Source of the DNA: an uncultured Clostridia bacterium
Lineage (GTDB): Bacteria > Bacillota > Clostridia > Oscillospirales > JAAYOS01
Assembly (NCBI GenBank): GCA_946566645.1
Contig: CAMNWZ010000001.1
Span: forward strand, 1-45,702
Reading direction: 5' to 3'
DNA: 45,702 nt
Position numbers and translations under genes: made by a program. The notes below the pieces were generated by a model, which was not told the DNA's origin, searched no databases, and worked only from the letters and a program-made list of their open reading frames with translations. Shown here piece by piece: positions 33,838 through 41,736 of the stretch; positions within the stretch are counted from its first letter, which is position 1; every line of letters begins with the position of its first letter.

Positions 33838-35007
33838 ATGACGACCAAAGAACTGGCGCTTCAGAAGCACTACGAATGGCGCGGAAAGCTGGAGACCGGC
33901 GTTCGCAGCCATGTCACCAACGCGGAGGAGCTGTCGCTCGCGTACACGCCGGGCGTTGCCGAGCCGTGCCTTGTCATCGAGAAGGACATCGACAAGAGCT
34001 ACGAGCTGACCCGCCGCTGGAACACCGTCGCGGTGATAACCAACGGCACGGCGGTGCTCGGACTGGGCGACATCGGTCCGGAGGCGGGCATGCCGGTCAT
34101 GGAGGGCAAGTGCGTGCTTTTCAAGGAGTTCGGCGACGTGGACGCGATACCGCTCTGCATCCGCTCGAAGAACGTCGACGAGATAGTGAACACCTGCGCG
34201 CTGCTCGCGGGCAGCTTCGGCGGCATAAACCTCGAGGACATCGCCGCGCCCGACTGCTTTGAGATAGAGCGCAAGCTCCAGGCGCGCTGCGACATTCCGG
34301 TGTTCCACGACGACCAGCACGGCACGGCGATAGTCGTCGGCGCGGGCGTGATAAACGCGCTCAAGCTGGCGGGCAAGAAGCCGGAGAATTGCCGCATGGT
34401 GATAAGCGGCGCGGGTGCCGCGGGCAGCGCCATCGCCCGCTTCATGCTCGCGCTCGGCATCGGCGAGATAATCATGAACGACCGCGAGGGACTGCTCAGC
34501 GCGGACGACCCGAACGTCGCGCCGGGACGCCGCGAGATAGCGTCGCTCACCAACCCGAACCACGTCCGCGGAACGATAGCCGACGGACTGCGCGGCGCGG
34601 ACGTCTTTGTCGGCGTCAGCGCGCCCGGGCTTGTCACCGCCGACATGGTGCGCACGATGAACGACAAGGCTATCGTGTTCGCTATGGCAAATCCGGTGCC
34701 CGAGATAATGCCGGACGAGGCTAAGGCGGGCGGCGCGTACATAATCGGCACCGGTCGCAGCGACTATCCGAATCAGGTGAACAACGTGCTCGCCTTCCCC
34801 GGCGTGTTCCGCGGTGCTCTGGACGTCCGCGCGAGCGTGATAAACGAGGAGATGAAGCTCGCGGCGGCGCACGCGCTTGCGGACTTCGTCGGTGACCGGC
34901 TGAGCGAGACCTGCATCCTGCCCGGCGCGTTCGAGAAGGGCGTCGGCGCGGCGGTGGGCAAGGCTGTCGGCGAGGCTGCGAGGAAGTCGGGTGTTGCGAG
35001 AGCTTGA
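33838..35007 (+). CDS. NAD(P)-dependent malic enzyme (oxaloacetate-decarboxylating malate dehydrogenase), short form
   Basis: LSLAYTPGVAEPC, GTAVLGLGDIGPEAGMPVMEGKCVLFK, FHDDQHGTAIV, GAGAAG, ANPVPEI. Start at the ATG at 33838 after GGAGGG. Confidence 0.92.
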   Translation: MTTKELALQKHYEWRGKLETGVRSHVTNAEELSLAYTPGVAEPCLVIEKDIDKSYELTRRWNTVAVITNGTAVLGLGDIGPEAGMPVMEGKCVLFKEFGDVDAIPLCIRSKNVDEIVNTCALLAGSFGGINLEDIAAPDCFEIERKLQARCDIPVFHDDQHGTAIVVGAGVINALKLAGKKPENCRMVISGAGAAGSAIARFMLALGIGEIIMNDREGLLSADDPNVAPGRREIASLTNPNHVRGTIADGLRGADVFVGVSAPGLVTADMVRTMNDKAIVFAMANPVPEIMPDEAKAGGAYIIGTGRSDYPNQVNNVLAFPGVFRGALDVRASVINEEMKLAAAHALADFVGDRLSETCILPGAFEKGVGAAVGKAVGEAARKSGVARA

Positions 35008-35074
35008 CAGGATGTGCACGCTGTGCTAAAATTCGACTGTCGAAAGACAAAATTTGGGATTAGGGGATGAAAAT

Positions 35075-35269
35075 ATGAAAAGGATCGTTGCGATACTGCT
35101 GTTGGTGCTCATGCTCGCGACGCTGCTTGTCGCCTGTGGGAAGACGACCGAGTGCGAGATATGCGGCAAGACCGCCAGCTGCAAGCAGGTCGAAGTTCTT
35201 GGCGTCAAGGGCTGGGTCTGCAAGGACTGCGAGAAGGGACTCAAGACAGTCGGAAACCTGTTCGGTTAA
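35075..35269 (+). CDS. Small lipoprotein with CxxC...CxxC zinc-ribbon-like motif (64 aa)
   Basis: Signal peptide plus lipobox LLVAC, then CEICGKTASC...CKDCEKG. Followed by a strong terminator. Confidence 0.6.
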   Translation: MKRIVAILLLVLMLATLLVACGKTTECEICGKTASCKQVEVLGVKGWVCKDCEKGLKTVGNLFG

Positions 35270-35312
35270 TCGAAGCGCCGCGTCCAACCAAACCGTGACA
35301 GAAAATCGATAC

Positions 35313-35345
35313 AAAAAAGAAGGGTCGCATGACCCTTCTTTTTTC
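35313..35345. terminator. Bidirectional terminator
   Basis: A-run, AAGAAGGGTC-GCAT-GACCCTTCTT, T-run. Lies between convergent genes. Confidence 0.85.
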
Positions 35346-35360
35346 ATCCTTTTCGCGACC

Positions 35361-36698
35361 TTACGCGAACGCCTTGTCGAGAAGACCCGAGGTCTCCAGC
35401 TCCTCGCGCACGACCTTCGAGCTGTACAGCATTCCCGCCGCGTCGGCGCGCGTGACCGCCGCCATCGGACGGAGCGTGCCGTCGTCGAACAGGTCGAGTA
35501 TGCCGCTCGCCTCGACGAGTCCCATCGAAGTCTCGGCCCACGCGGGGACAGCCGCCACGTCGACCGCGTCGAGCCTTCCGGTAGGCGCGGAGGTGGACAC
35601 CGACAGCCCGACGGCGTTGGCGAGCACGACAGCCGCCTCCGCGCGGGTTATTTCATCCGATGCGCCGAACACCAGGCGTCCGTCGCCCTGCGGTTTTCCG
35701 CTGACGATGTCCAGCCGCGCGGCGGTCGCGATATACGGACGCAGCCAGGACGCGGTCTCGGCGTCGTCGGCAAATCCGGTGGAGGTCGCGGCGCTGTCCA
35801 CCTCAATGCCGAGGCAGGTGAGCGCCAACGCGACAAACTCGCCGCGGGTCATGGTGGTCTCCGGCTCGAAGTAGTAGCCGGTGTCGATTCGCTTGCCGAT
35901 GAGCACGCCGTCCGCCGCGAGCTTGAGCGCCGCGTAGTGGGCGGGATCGCCCTCCATGTCGGCGTAGGTCATCTTTGCCGCGTTCTTGACTATCTTTATC
36001 GTCACCTTCGCGGGGTCGCTCGTTGCGCCCGACGGGTCGCTTGCGGTGAAGACGAAGCTGTCGGTGCCGGTCTTGTTCTCCTTCGGGGTGTAGACAAACT
36101 TGTTCGGATTGTTCTCATCCAGCGCGACGGTGCCCTTCTTCGGCTCGGTCACGATGGTGTAGCTGAGCGCGTCGCCGTCCGCGTCGGTTGCGGGAAACTC
36201 GCCGGTGAGCGCGATGTTCTTAATCGTCTCAAACTCGATGTCTATCGCCGCGGGGGCGTGGTTCTCCTTAGCCACCGCCGCTACCGACACGCTGGATATG
36301 CTGCCCGCGCCGGTGGTGAACACCGGAATGAAGCTGAAGCGGGACGAGCCCTCATTGGCACCCGCCGGAACGAAGCGCAGCGCCGAGAGGTTCGCGGCGG
36401 TGACCGCCTCGCCGACGAGCAGCGCGCGGTCGCCCACGCAGAGCACGCCCTCAGACGGCAGCGGCAGGGAGGTGAGCACTATGCCCTCAAGCTCGCTGTC
36501 TCCGCTGACATGCTCGGCGAAGTCTGCCTCGGTGAAGACGACCTCCGCGCCGACCTCGCTGTCGACCGAGAAGCTCGCGAGCGTAGGGAGAGCGGCGTCC
36601 GCGTCACTCATCGCCGCAGCCGCGCCGGTCATCATTCCGATGACGACAGCGGTCGCGAGAAGCATACCGCCGAGCCGCTTTGTTATACTGTTTTTCAT
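35361..36698 (-). CDS. Surface protein: cadherin/Ig-like repeat region + three C-terminal SLH domains
   Basis: 445 aa from the ATG at 36698 (RBS AGGAGG). Signal peptide. DADGDALSYTIVTEPKKGTVALDENNPNKFVYTPKENKTGTDSFVFTASD is a cadherin-like/VCBS-type repeat. C-terminal SLH repeats (TMTRGEFVALAL, EITRAEAAVVLA, AVTRADAAGMLY). Confidence 0.85.
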   Translation of the reverse strand: MKNSITKRLGGMLLATAVVIGMMTGAAAAMSDADAALPTLASFSVDSEVGAEVVFTEADFAEHVSGDSELEGIVLTSLPLPSEGVLCVGDRALLVGEAVTAANLSALRFVPAGANEGSSRFSFIPVFTTGAGSISSVSVAAVAKENHAPAAIDIEFETIKNIALTGEFPATDADGDALSYTIVTEPKKGTVALDENNPNKFVYTPKENKTGTDSFVFTASDPSGATSDPAKVTIKIVKNAAKMTYADMEGDPAHYAALKLAADGVLIGKRIDTGYYFEPETTMTRGEFVALALTCLGIEVDSAATSTGFADDAETASWLRPYIATAARLDIVSGKPQGDGRLVFGASDEITRAEAAVVLANAVGLSVSTSAPTGRLDAVDVAAVPAWAETSMGLVEASGILDLFDDGTLRPMAAVTRADAAGMLYSSKVVREELETSGLLDKAFA

Positions 36699-36782
36699 AC
36701 AAGATTCCTCCTTGTTGGTATTTTGAAAGGCGAGATTATTTTCCCACCTGTGCGCGCCGATATGCGGCAACAAAAAATTTTG

Positions 36783-36811
36783 TTTACAGAAATCAATTTA
36801 GGGCGTAAAAT
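36783..36811 (+). promoter_or_regulatory. Candidate promoter for rodA/ftsW-tsaE-tsaB-upp
   Basis: TTTACA, 17 nt spacer, TAAAAT. Confidence 0.5.
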
Positions 36812-36845
36812 AGGATTTGATAAACAACAGGAAGGGGGCAGTGCT

Positions 36846-37997
36846 ATGAAGCGTGCGCTTGCGGGAGTGAAAAACTTCTGCCGTGAGGCGGACATGGTGC
36901 TGCTCGCGCTCTGCCTGCTCGCGGGAGTGTTCGGGCTTGTGATAATATCCTCGGCGACCGCGTCGAGCGCAAACACCGCGCGGTACCTCATCGTGCAGGC
37001 GGGCGGAATGGCGATAGGCGTGCTGCTGTTCATCGGCATAACGCTTGTCGATCTGGACGACGCCGCGTCGCTGTGGAAGTGGATACTCGCGTTCAACATC
37101 CTCTTTACCTTCTCCACCTACTTCTTCGGCGTGGAGCGCGGCGGCAACAAGAGCTGGATAGAGGTGCCGGGCATAGGCATTACGATACAGCCCGCCGAGA
37201 TAGTAAAGCCGCTCTATATCCTGCTGCTCGCAAAGCAGATGTACGTCCTGCGCGACCGGATAAACCACCCGCTGTCGGTCGGGATGCTGGTCGGACACAT
37301 GCTGCTGATGGTAGGGATAATCTGGTTCGCGGCGGACGACATGGGCGTCGCGCTGATATACGTCTTTATCTTCATGGGAATGTTCTTCGCGAGCGGGGTG
37401 AGCCTCTGGTGGATACTCGGCGGCATCGCGACGATCGCCGCGTGCGTGCCGGTGCTCTGGCAGGTGATACCCGAATATCAGAAGATGCGCGTGATGGTGG
37501 TGCTCGACGACACGCTTGACCCGCTCGGCGTGGGCTACCACACACAGCGGTCGAAGATAGCGCTCGGCAGCGGCGGCGCGTTTGGGCAGGGGCTGTACGA
37601 GGGACGGCAGACGCAGCGGTCGATACTTCCCGCCAAGCACACCGACTACATCTATTCTGTCGCGGGCGAGGAGCTGGGATTCATCGGCTGCGTGGTGATA
37701 ATGCTGCTGCTCGTCGCGATAATCGCGCGCTGCCTGTGGGTGGCGACCCGCGCGCGCAACGGCATGGGCTCGCTCGTCTGCGTCGGCGTCGCGTCGATGC
37801 TTATCTTTCAGGTGTTCGAGAACATCGGAATGTGCGTCGGACTGACGCCGGTGATAGGGCTGACGCTGCCCTTCTTCAGCTACGGCGGCAGCTCGGTTAT
37901 GACAATGTTCATGGCGATGGGGTTTGTCAGCTCGGTCAAGAAACATCCGAAACCGGGGTGGCTCAAGACCACCGACCTGAATCGCACCGGAGGTTGA
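36846..37997 (+). CDS. FtsW/RodA/SpoVE (SEDS) family peptidoglycan glycosyltransferase
   Basis: 383 aa from the ATG at 36846. Multi-TM. IQPAEIVKPLYILLLA, GYHTQRSKIALGSGGAFGQGL, LPAKHTDYIYSVAGEELGFIG and GLTLPFFSYGGSS are SEDS hallmarks. The 969-aa track ORF is an upstream shadow extension. Confidence 0.9.
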   Translation: MKRALAGVKNFCREADMVLLALCLLAGVFGLVIISSATASSANTARYLIVQAGGMAIGVLLFIGITLVDLDDAASLWKWILAFNILFTFSTYFFGVERGGNKSWIEVPGIGITIQPAEIVKPLYILLLAKQMYVLRDRINHPLSVGMLVGHMLLMVGIIWFAADDMGVALIYVFIFMGMFFASGVSLWWILGGIATIAACVPVLWQVIPEYQKMRVMVVLDDTLDPLGVGYHTQRSKIALGSGGAFGQGLYEGRQTQRSILPAKHTDYIYSVAGEELGFIGCVVIMLLLVAIIARCLWVATRARNGMGSLVCVGVASMLIFQVFENIGMCVGLTPVIGLTLPFFSYGGSSVMTMFMAMGFVSSVKKHPKPGWLKTTDLNRTGG

Positions 37998-38000
37998 GTT

Positions 38001-38423
38001 ATGCGGAGCTTCATTTGCAAAAGCGAGGAGGAGACCGAGGCGCTCGGCGAGCAGCTCGGGCGCGTGGCGGCGGCGGGGGAGGTCTACGCCCTCGAGGGAG
38101 ACCTCGGTGCGGGCAAGACCGCGTTCACCCGCGGATTTGCGCGCGGACTGGGCTTTGGCGGCCGAGTGACCAGCCCCACCTTCGCGATAGTCGGCGAATA
38201 CCTCGGCGGACGGCTCGACCTGTTCCACTTCGACCTCTACCGCCTCGGCTCGTCGGACGAGCTGTTCGACATCGGCTGGGAGGAGTACCTCGGGCGCGGA
38301 GGCGTGTGCGTCGTCGAATGGGCGCAGCGCTGTGCCGACGCGTTCGACGGCGACACCGTCTGGGTGCGGTTCGAGAAACTGTCCGACGACGAGCGAAAGA
38401 TAACTTTGGAGTGTGACAGATGA
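38001..38423 (+). CDS. tsaE: tRNA t6A37 biosynthesis ATPase TsaE
   Basis: 140 aa. LEGDLGAGKTAFTRGFARGLG P-loop, SPTFAIV, HFDLYRL. Confidence 0.9.
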   Translation: MRSFICKSEEETEALGEQLGRVAAAGEVYALEGDLGAGKTAFTRGFARGLGFGGRVTSPTFAIVGEYLGGRLDLFHFDLYRLGSSDELFDIGWEEYLGRGGVCVVEWAQRCADAFDGDTVWVRFEKLSDDERKITLECDR

Positions 38424-39121
38424 GGATACTTGCAATAGAATCGAGCGCCAAGTCGGCAAGCTGCGCGCTGCTTCGCGACGGCGAAGTCGAGGCGGCGAAC
38501 TACCAGAACGTGGGGCTCACCCACTCGCAGACGCTCATGCCGATGATAGAGTCGATGATGAAAAACGCCGGCAGAACGATGGCGGATGTGGACATCGTAG
38601 CCGCGTCGCACGGACCGGGATCGTTCACCGGCGTGCGGATAGGCGTGTCGACCGCTCTGGGGCTTGCTGCGGGCGCGGACAAGCCGTCGATGGGTGTCTC
38701 CACCCTCGAGGCGATGTCGCGCTTAACGGCGCACACAGGCGCTCTGACGGTGTGTGCGATGGACGCGCGGAGAAGCGAGGTCTATGCCGCGATGTTTCTC
38801 GACGGCGAGCGGCTGTGCGACGACTGCGCCGTTCCCGCGTCCGAATTTGCGGCGCGCGCGGTCGAGACCGCAAAAAAACTCGGAAAATCGGTAATTTGTC
38901 TTGGAGATGGCGCGGAACTGTGCTATAATCAGATAAAAGACAGCGGTGTCGAGGCAAGACTCGCGCCGCCGCACCTGCTGAGACAGTCGGCTGTCGGCGT
39001 GGCGATGCTCGCGGCGGACAGGCTGTCGGCAGGGGAGAACTTCCCGCCGCTGCGACCCGTTTATTTGAGGGCTTCGCAGGCGGAGAGAATGAAGAAAGAA
39101 CGTGAGCAAAACCAAAATTAA
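38420..39121 (+). CDS. tsaB: tRNA t6A37 biosynthesis protein TsaB
   Basis: 233 aa. MRILAIESS..., GPGSFTGVRIGVS. ATGA overlap with tsaE. Confidence 0.9.
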   Translation: MRILAIESSAKSASCALLRDGEVEAANYQNVGLTHSQTLMPMIESMMKNAGRTMADVDIVAASHGPGSFTGVRIGVSTALGLAAGADKPSMGVSTLEAMSRLTAHTGALTVCAMDARRSEVYAAMFLDGERLCDDCAVPASEFAARAVETAKKLGKSVICLGDGAELCYNQIKDSGVEARLAPPHLLRQSAVGVAMLAADRLSAGENFPPLRPVYLRASQAERMKKEREQNQN

Positions 39122-39139
39122 ATTTGGGAGGTATAAACC

Positions 39140-39769
39140 ATGGAGAACCTGACCGTACTCGATCACCCGATGATACAGCACAAGCTGTCCATCCTTCGCG
39201 ATGAGCACACCGGAACCAAGCAGTTCCGCGAGCTTATCAGCGAGATAGCGATGCTGATGACCTACGAGGCGACGCGCGATTTCCCGCTTGCCGACGTGGA
39301 GGTCAAGACGCCGGTCGCGATAGCGAAGTGCAAGCAGATAGCGGGCAAGAAGACCGCCATCGTGCCGATACTCCGCGCGGGACTGGGAATGGTGGACGGC
39401 GTGCTTTCGATAGTGCCGAGCGCCAAGGTCGGTCACATCGGACTTTACCGCGACCCGGATACGCTCAACCCGGTCGAGTACTACTGCAAGATGCCGCCGG
39501 ACATCAAGGAGCGCGACGTGATAATAGTCGACCCGATGCTCGCGACCGGAGGCAGCGCCGCCGCCGCGATACAGTTCATCAAGGGCTATACCGACCACCC
39601 GATAAAGCTGATGTGCATAATCGCCGCGCCGGAGGGCGTGGAGCGCGTGCACCGCGAGCATCCGGACGTGCAGATATACGTCGCCGCGCTCGACGAGAAG
39701 CTCAACGAGCACGGATACATAGTCCCGGGACTGGGCGACGCGGGCGACCGCATCTTCGGAACAAAGTAA
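39140..39769 (+). CDS. upp: Uracil phosphoribosyltransferase
   Basis: 209 aa. [55 protein letters not shown]. Confidence 0.96.
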   Translation: MENLTVLDHPMIQHKLSILRDEHTGTKQFRELISEIAMLMTYEATRDFPLADVEVKTPVAIAKCKQIAGKKTAIVPILRAGLGMVDGVLSIVPSAKVGHIGLYRDPDTLNPVEYYCKMPPDIKERDVIIVDPMLATGGSAAAAIQFIKGYTDHPIKLMCIIAAPEGVERVHREHPDVQIYVAALDEKLNEHGYIVPGLGDAGDRIFGTK

Positions 39770-39792
39770 ACCACAAGTTATATTTGATAAAC

Positions 39793-39826
39793 AAAAAAAC
39801 CGAGAGTACAAAATACTCTCGGTTTT
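39793..39826. terminator. Bidirectional terminator (upp / DUF4364 gene)
   Basis: A7-CCGAGAGTA-CAAAA-TACTCTCGG-T4. Confidence 0.85.
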
Positions 39827-39843
39827 GCGTAATTCGGGAAAGT

Positions 39844-40407
39844 TTACCGCTCGTGACGCCCGGGTTGGTCGCCCTGACCCTCCTCCGAGTTCTCGGTGAG
39901 CTGGGCGAGCAGATAGCGGTAGACGCTCTCGGCGTGCTGGCGCCATCCCTTTTCGGCGCGCTGCGCGATCTCCTTCGACGGCAGCATGAGGTCTATCTTG
40001 AGCGACAGCCCCGTTCCGCCGTCCAGCTCGAGGCGGCTGAGCCATCCCTCGCCGCGCTGCACGACGTTCGAGCTGATGCACGCTCCCTTTTCGAGGGCGG
40101 CGCGCTCGGTGCGGGCATCCTGCGCGGCATAGGCTCGGGTGGCGGCGGGAAGCACGTTTTCCACCTGGTCGATGGTGCTCCTGCCGAAGCGGGTTATCGC
40201 GACACGGTCGCCGCGGCGCTCGGCAAGCCCGCCGTTTATCAGGTCCTCGAGGCTCGCGGCATACTCGAGGCGGTCGGCGACATAGTCCATCGTCAGGTCG
40301 ACCAGCGTCTCGGGCGACACGGCGTCGTCGAAATGCTTGAGAACGTACAGTATGAACGCCTTTGTCTGTAATTCGCCGCGGACGGCGCCCTTGCGTGCCT
40401 GTTCCAT
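39844..40407 (-). CDS. DUF4364-like protein (winged-helix-like N-terminus)
   Basis: 187 aa. KAFILYVLKHFDDAVSPETLVDLTM...LEDLINGGLAE resembles the Clostridial DUF4364 family. RBS AGGGGGA. Confidence 0.55.
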   Translation of the reverse strand: MEQARKGAVRGELQTKAFILYVLKHFDDAVSPETLVDLTMDYVADRLEYAASLEDLINGGLAERRGDRVAITRFGRSTIDQVENVLPAATRAYAAQDARTERAALEKGACISSNVVQRGEGWLSRLELDGGTGLSLKIDLMLPSKEIAQRAEKGWRQHAESVYRYLLAQLTENSEEGQGDQPGRHER

Positions 40408-40529
40408 AAAATTTCCCCCTAAATCACCCCTAAAAACAACAAAAGCGGTGGATTTTCATTATATCACAGTTTGATTCGATATGCAACGCAAATTTTCGAC
40501 AGCTTGTTTCGACAAATTTTGACAACAAG

Positions 40530-41645
40530 GTGGAAAAGATGAAACGGATTATACTGATAGTTTTGGTGCTTGCGATGCTGCTCGCGTCCTGCGGCGAGGC
40601 GGAGACGGTTGAGAGCGATACCCCGACCACAAGCCCGTCCCCGAGCGTGTCGCACACCCCGACCCCCACCCCCACGCCGACACCGTCGCCCACGCCCGAG
40701 CCGACGCCGGACGGGTCGATAAACCCGCTCAGCGGGCTTCGGCTTGAGGGTGAGACCGACGCGTCGGCGCGTCCGGTTGCGATAATGATAAACAACATCA
40801 AGCAGGCGCTGCCGCAGTATGGCACGAGCGCGGCGGACATCGTCTACGAGGTGGTCGCCGAGGGCGGCATAACGCGGCTGGTCGCGGTATATCAGGACGT
40901 TAGCGACGTCGGCACGATAGGCTCGATACGCTCGACGCGACCGTACTATCTCGACATAGCGGGCGGTCACGACGCGATACTATTCCACGCGGGCGGAAGC
41001 GAGGAGGCGTACCGCCTGATAAAGTCGCGGCAGATGGCGGCGGTGGACAACGTGCGCCAGGGCGGCAATCCGGGGAATACCTTCTATCTCGACGCCGCGC
41101 GAAGGAAGCAGAACGGCTACGAGCACTCGACGATGACCACCGGCGAGCGGATAGCCGACTATCTCGACCGCACGACCTATCGCACAAGTCACGAGGACGG
41201 CTACGAGCTCGGGCTTGTCTTCGAGGAGGGGTACACGCCGTCGGGGGAGGAGGCACTCACCGCGCGGGTGTTCTTCTCGAAATATAAGCAGGCTGAGCTT
41301 GAGTACGACGCGGACAGCGGCCGGTATCTCGTAGAGCAGTACGGCAAGGCGCACGTCGACGCGAACAGCGGGGAACAACTGGCGTTTGAAAACGTCATAG
41401 TACTGTACACCGATATTTCGGCGATAGCGGGGGACACGGCGGGCAGGATGGAGGTCGACCTCGTCGGAGGCGGAGACGGCATGCTGCTCTGCGGCGGCAA
41501 ATGCGTTCCGATAGAGTGGAAGAAGGACGCGTGGGACGAGCCGTTCCGCTATTTCGACACGGACGGTTCGGCGCAGACCCTTCGCAGCGGCAGGACCTAT
41601 GTGTGCGTCGTGAGCGGAGCGGACAGGCTGACCGTCGGCGAGTGA
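40530..41645 (+). CDS. DUF3048 (YerB-like) lipoprotein with Pro/Thr linker
   Basis: Lipobox LLASC. PT-rich linker. RPVAIMINNIKQALPQYGTSAADIVYEVVAEGGITRLVAVY is the DUF3048 core. Confidence 0.8.
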   Translation: MEKMKRIILIVLVLAMLLASCGEAETVESDTPTTSPSPSVSHTPTPTPTPTPSPTPEPTPDGSINPLSGLRLEGETDASARPVAIMINNIKQALPQYGTSAADIVYEVVAEGGITRLVAVYQDVSDVGTIGSIRSTRPYYLDIAGGHDAILFHAGGSEEAYRLIKSRQMAAVDNVRQGGNPGNTFYLDAARRKQNGYEHSTMTTGERIADYLDRTTYRTSHEDGYELGLVFEEGYTPSGEEALTARVFFSKYKQAELEYDADSGRYLVEQYGKAHVDANSGEQLAFENVIVLYTDISAIAGDTAGRMEVDLVGGGDGMLLCGGKCVPIEWKKDAWDEPFRYFDTDGSAQTLRSGRTYVCVVSGADRLTVGE

Positions 41646-41653
41646 AAGAATGC

Positions 41654-41682
41654 TTGAAATTTCGGCTGTATGCGTTTATAAT
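41654..41682 (+). promoter_or_regulatory. Candidate promoter for the 760-aa SLH protein
   Basis: TTGAAA, 17 nt spacer, TATAAT. Confidence 0.55.
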
Positions 41683-41736
41683 CTAAATTAGGTCGGTATA
41701 TCCAAACGAGTCAGTATACTCAGGAGGTAAAAACTT

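Noticed and set aside
33046-35019. 252-aa and 404-aa minus-strand ORFs opposite the Ldh_2 and malic enzyme genes
   Set aside because: They are shadow ORFs antisense to genes with strong family signatures.
35088-36845. First 586 codons of the 969-aa plus-strand ORF ending at 37997
   Set aside because: This part is antisense to the SLH/cadherin-like gene and crosses a bidirectional terminator. The real SEDS gene starts at 36846.
36798-40081. 553-aa and 452-aa minus-strand ORFs and the 347-aa plus-strand ORF at 39328-40371
   Set aside because: They are antisense to, or out of frame with, rodA/ftsW, tsaE, tsaB, upp and the DUF4364 gene, and they cross terminators.
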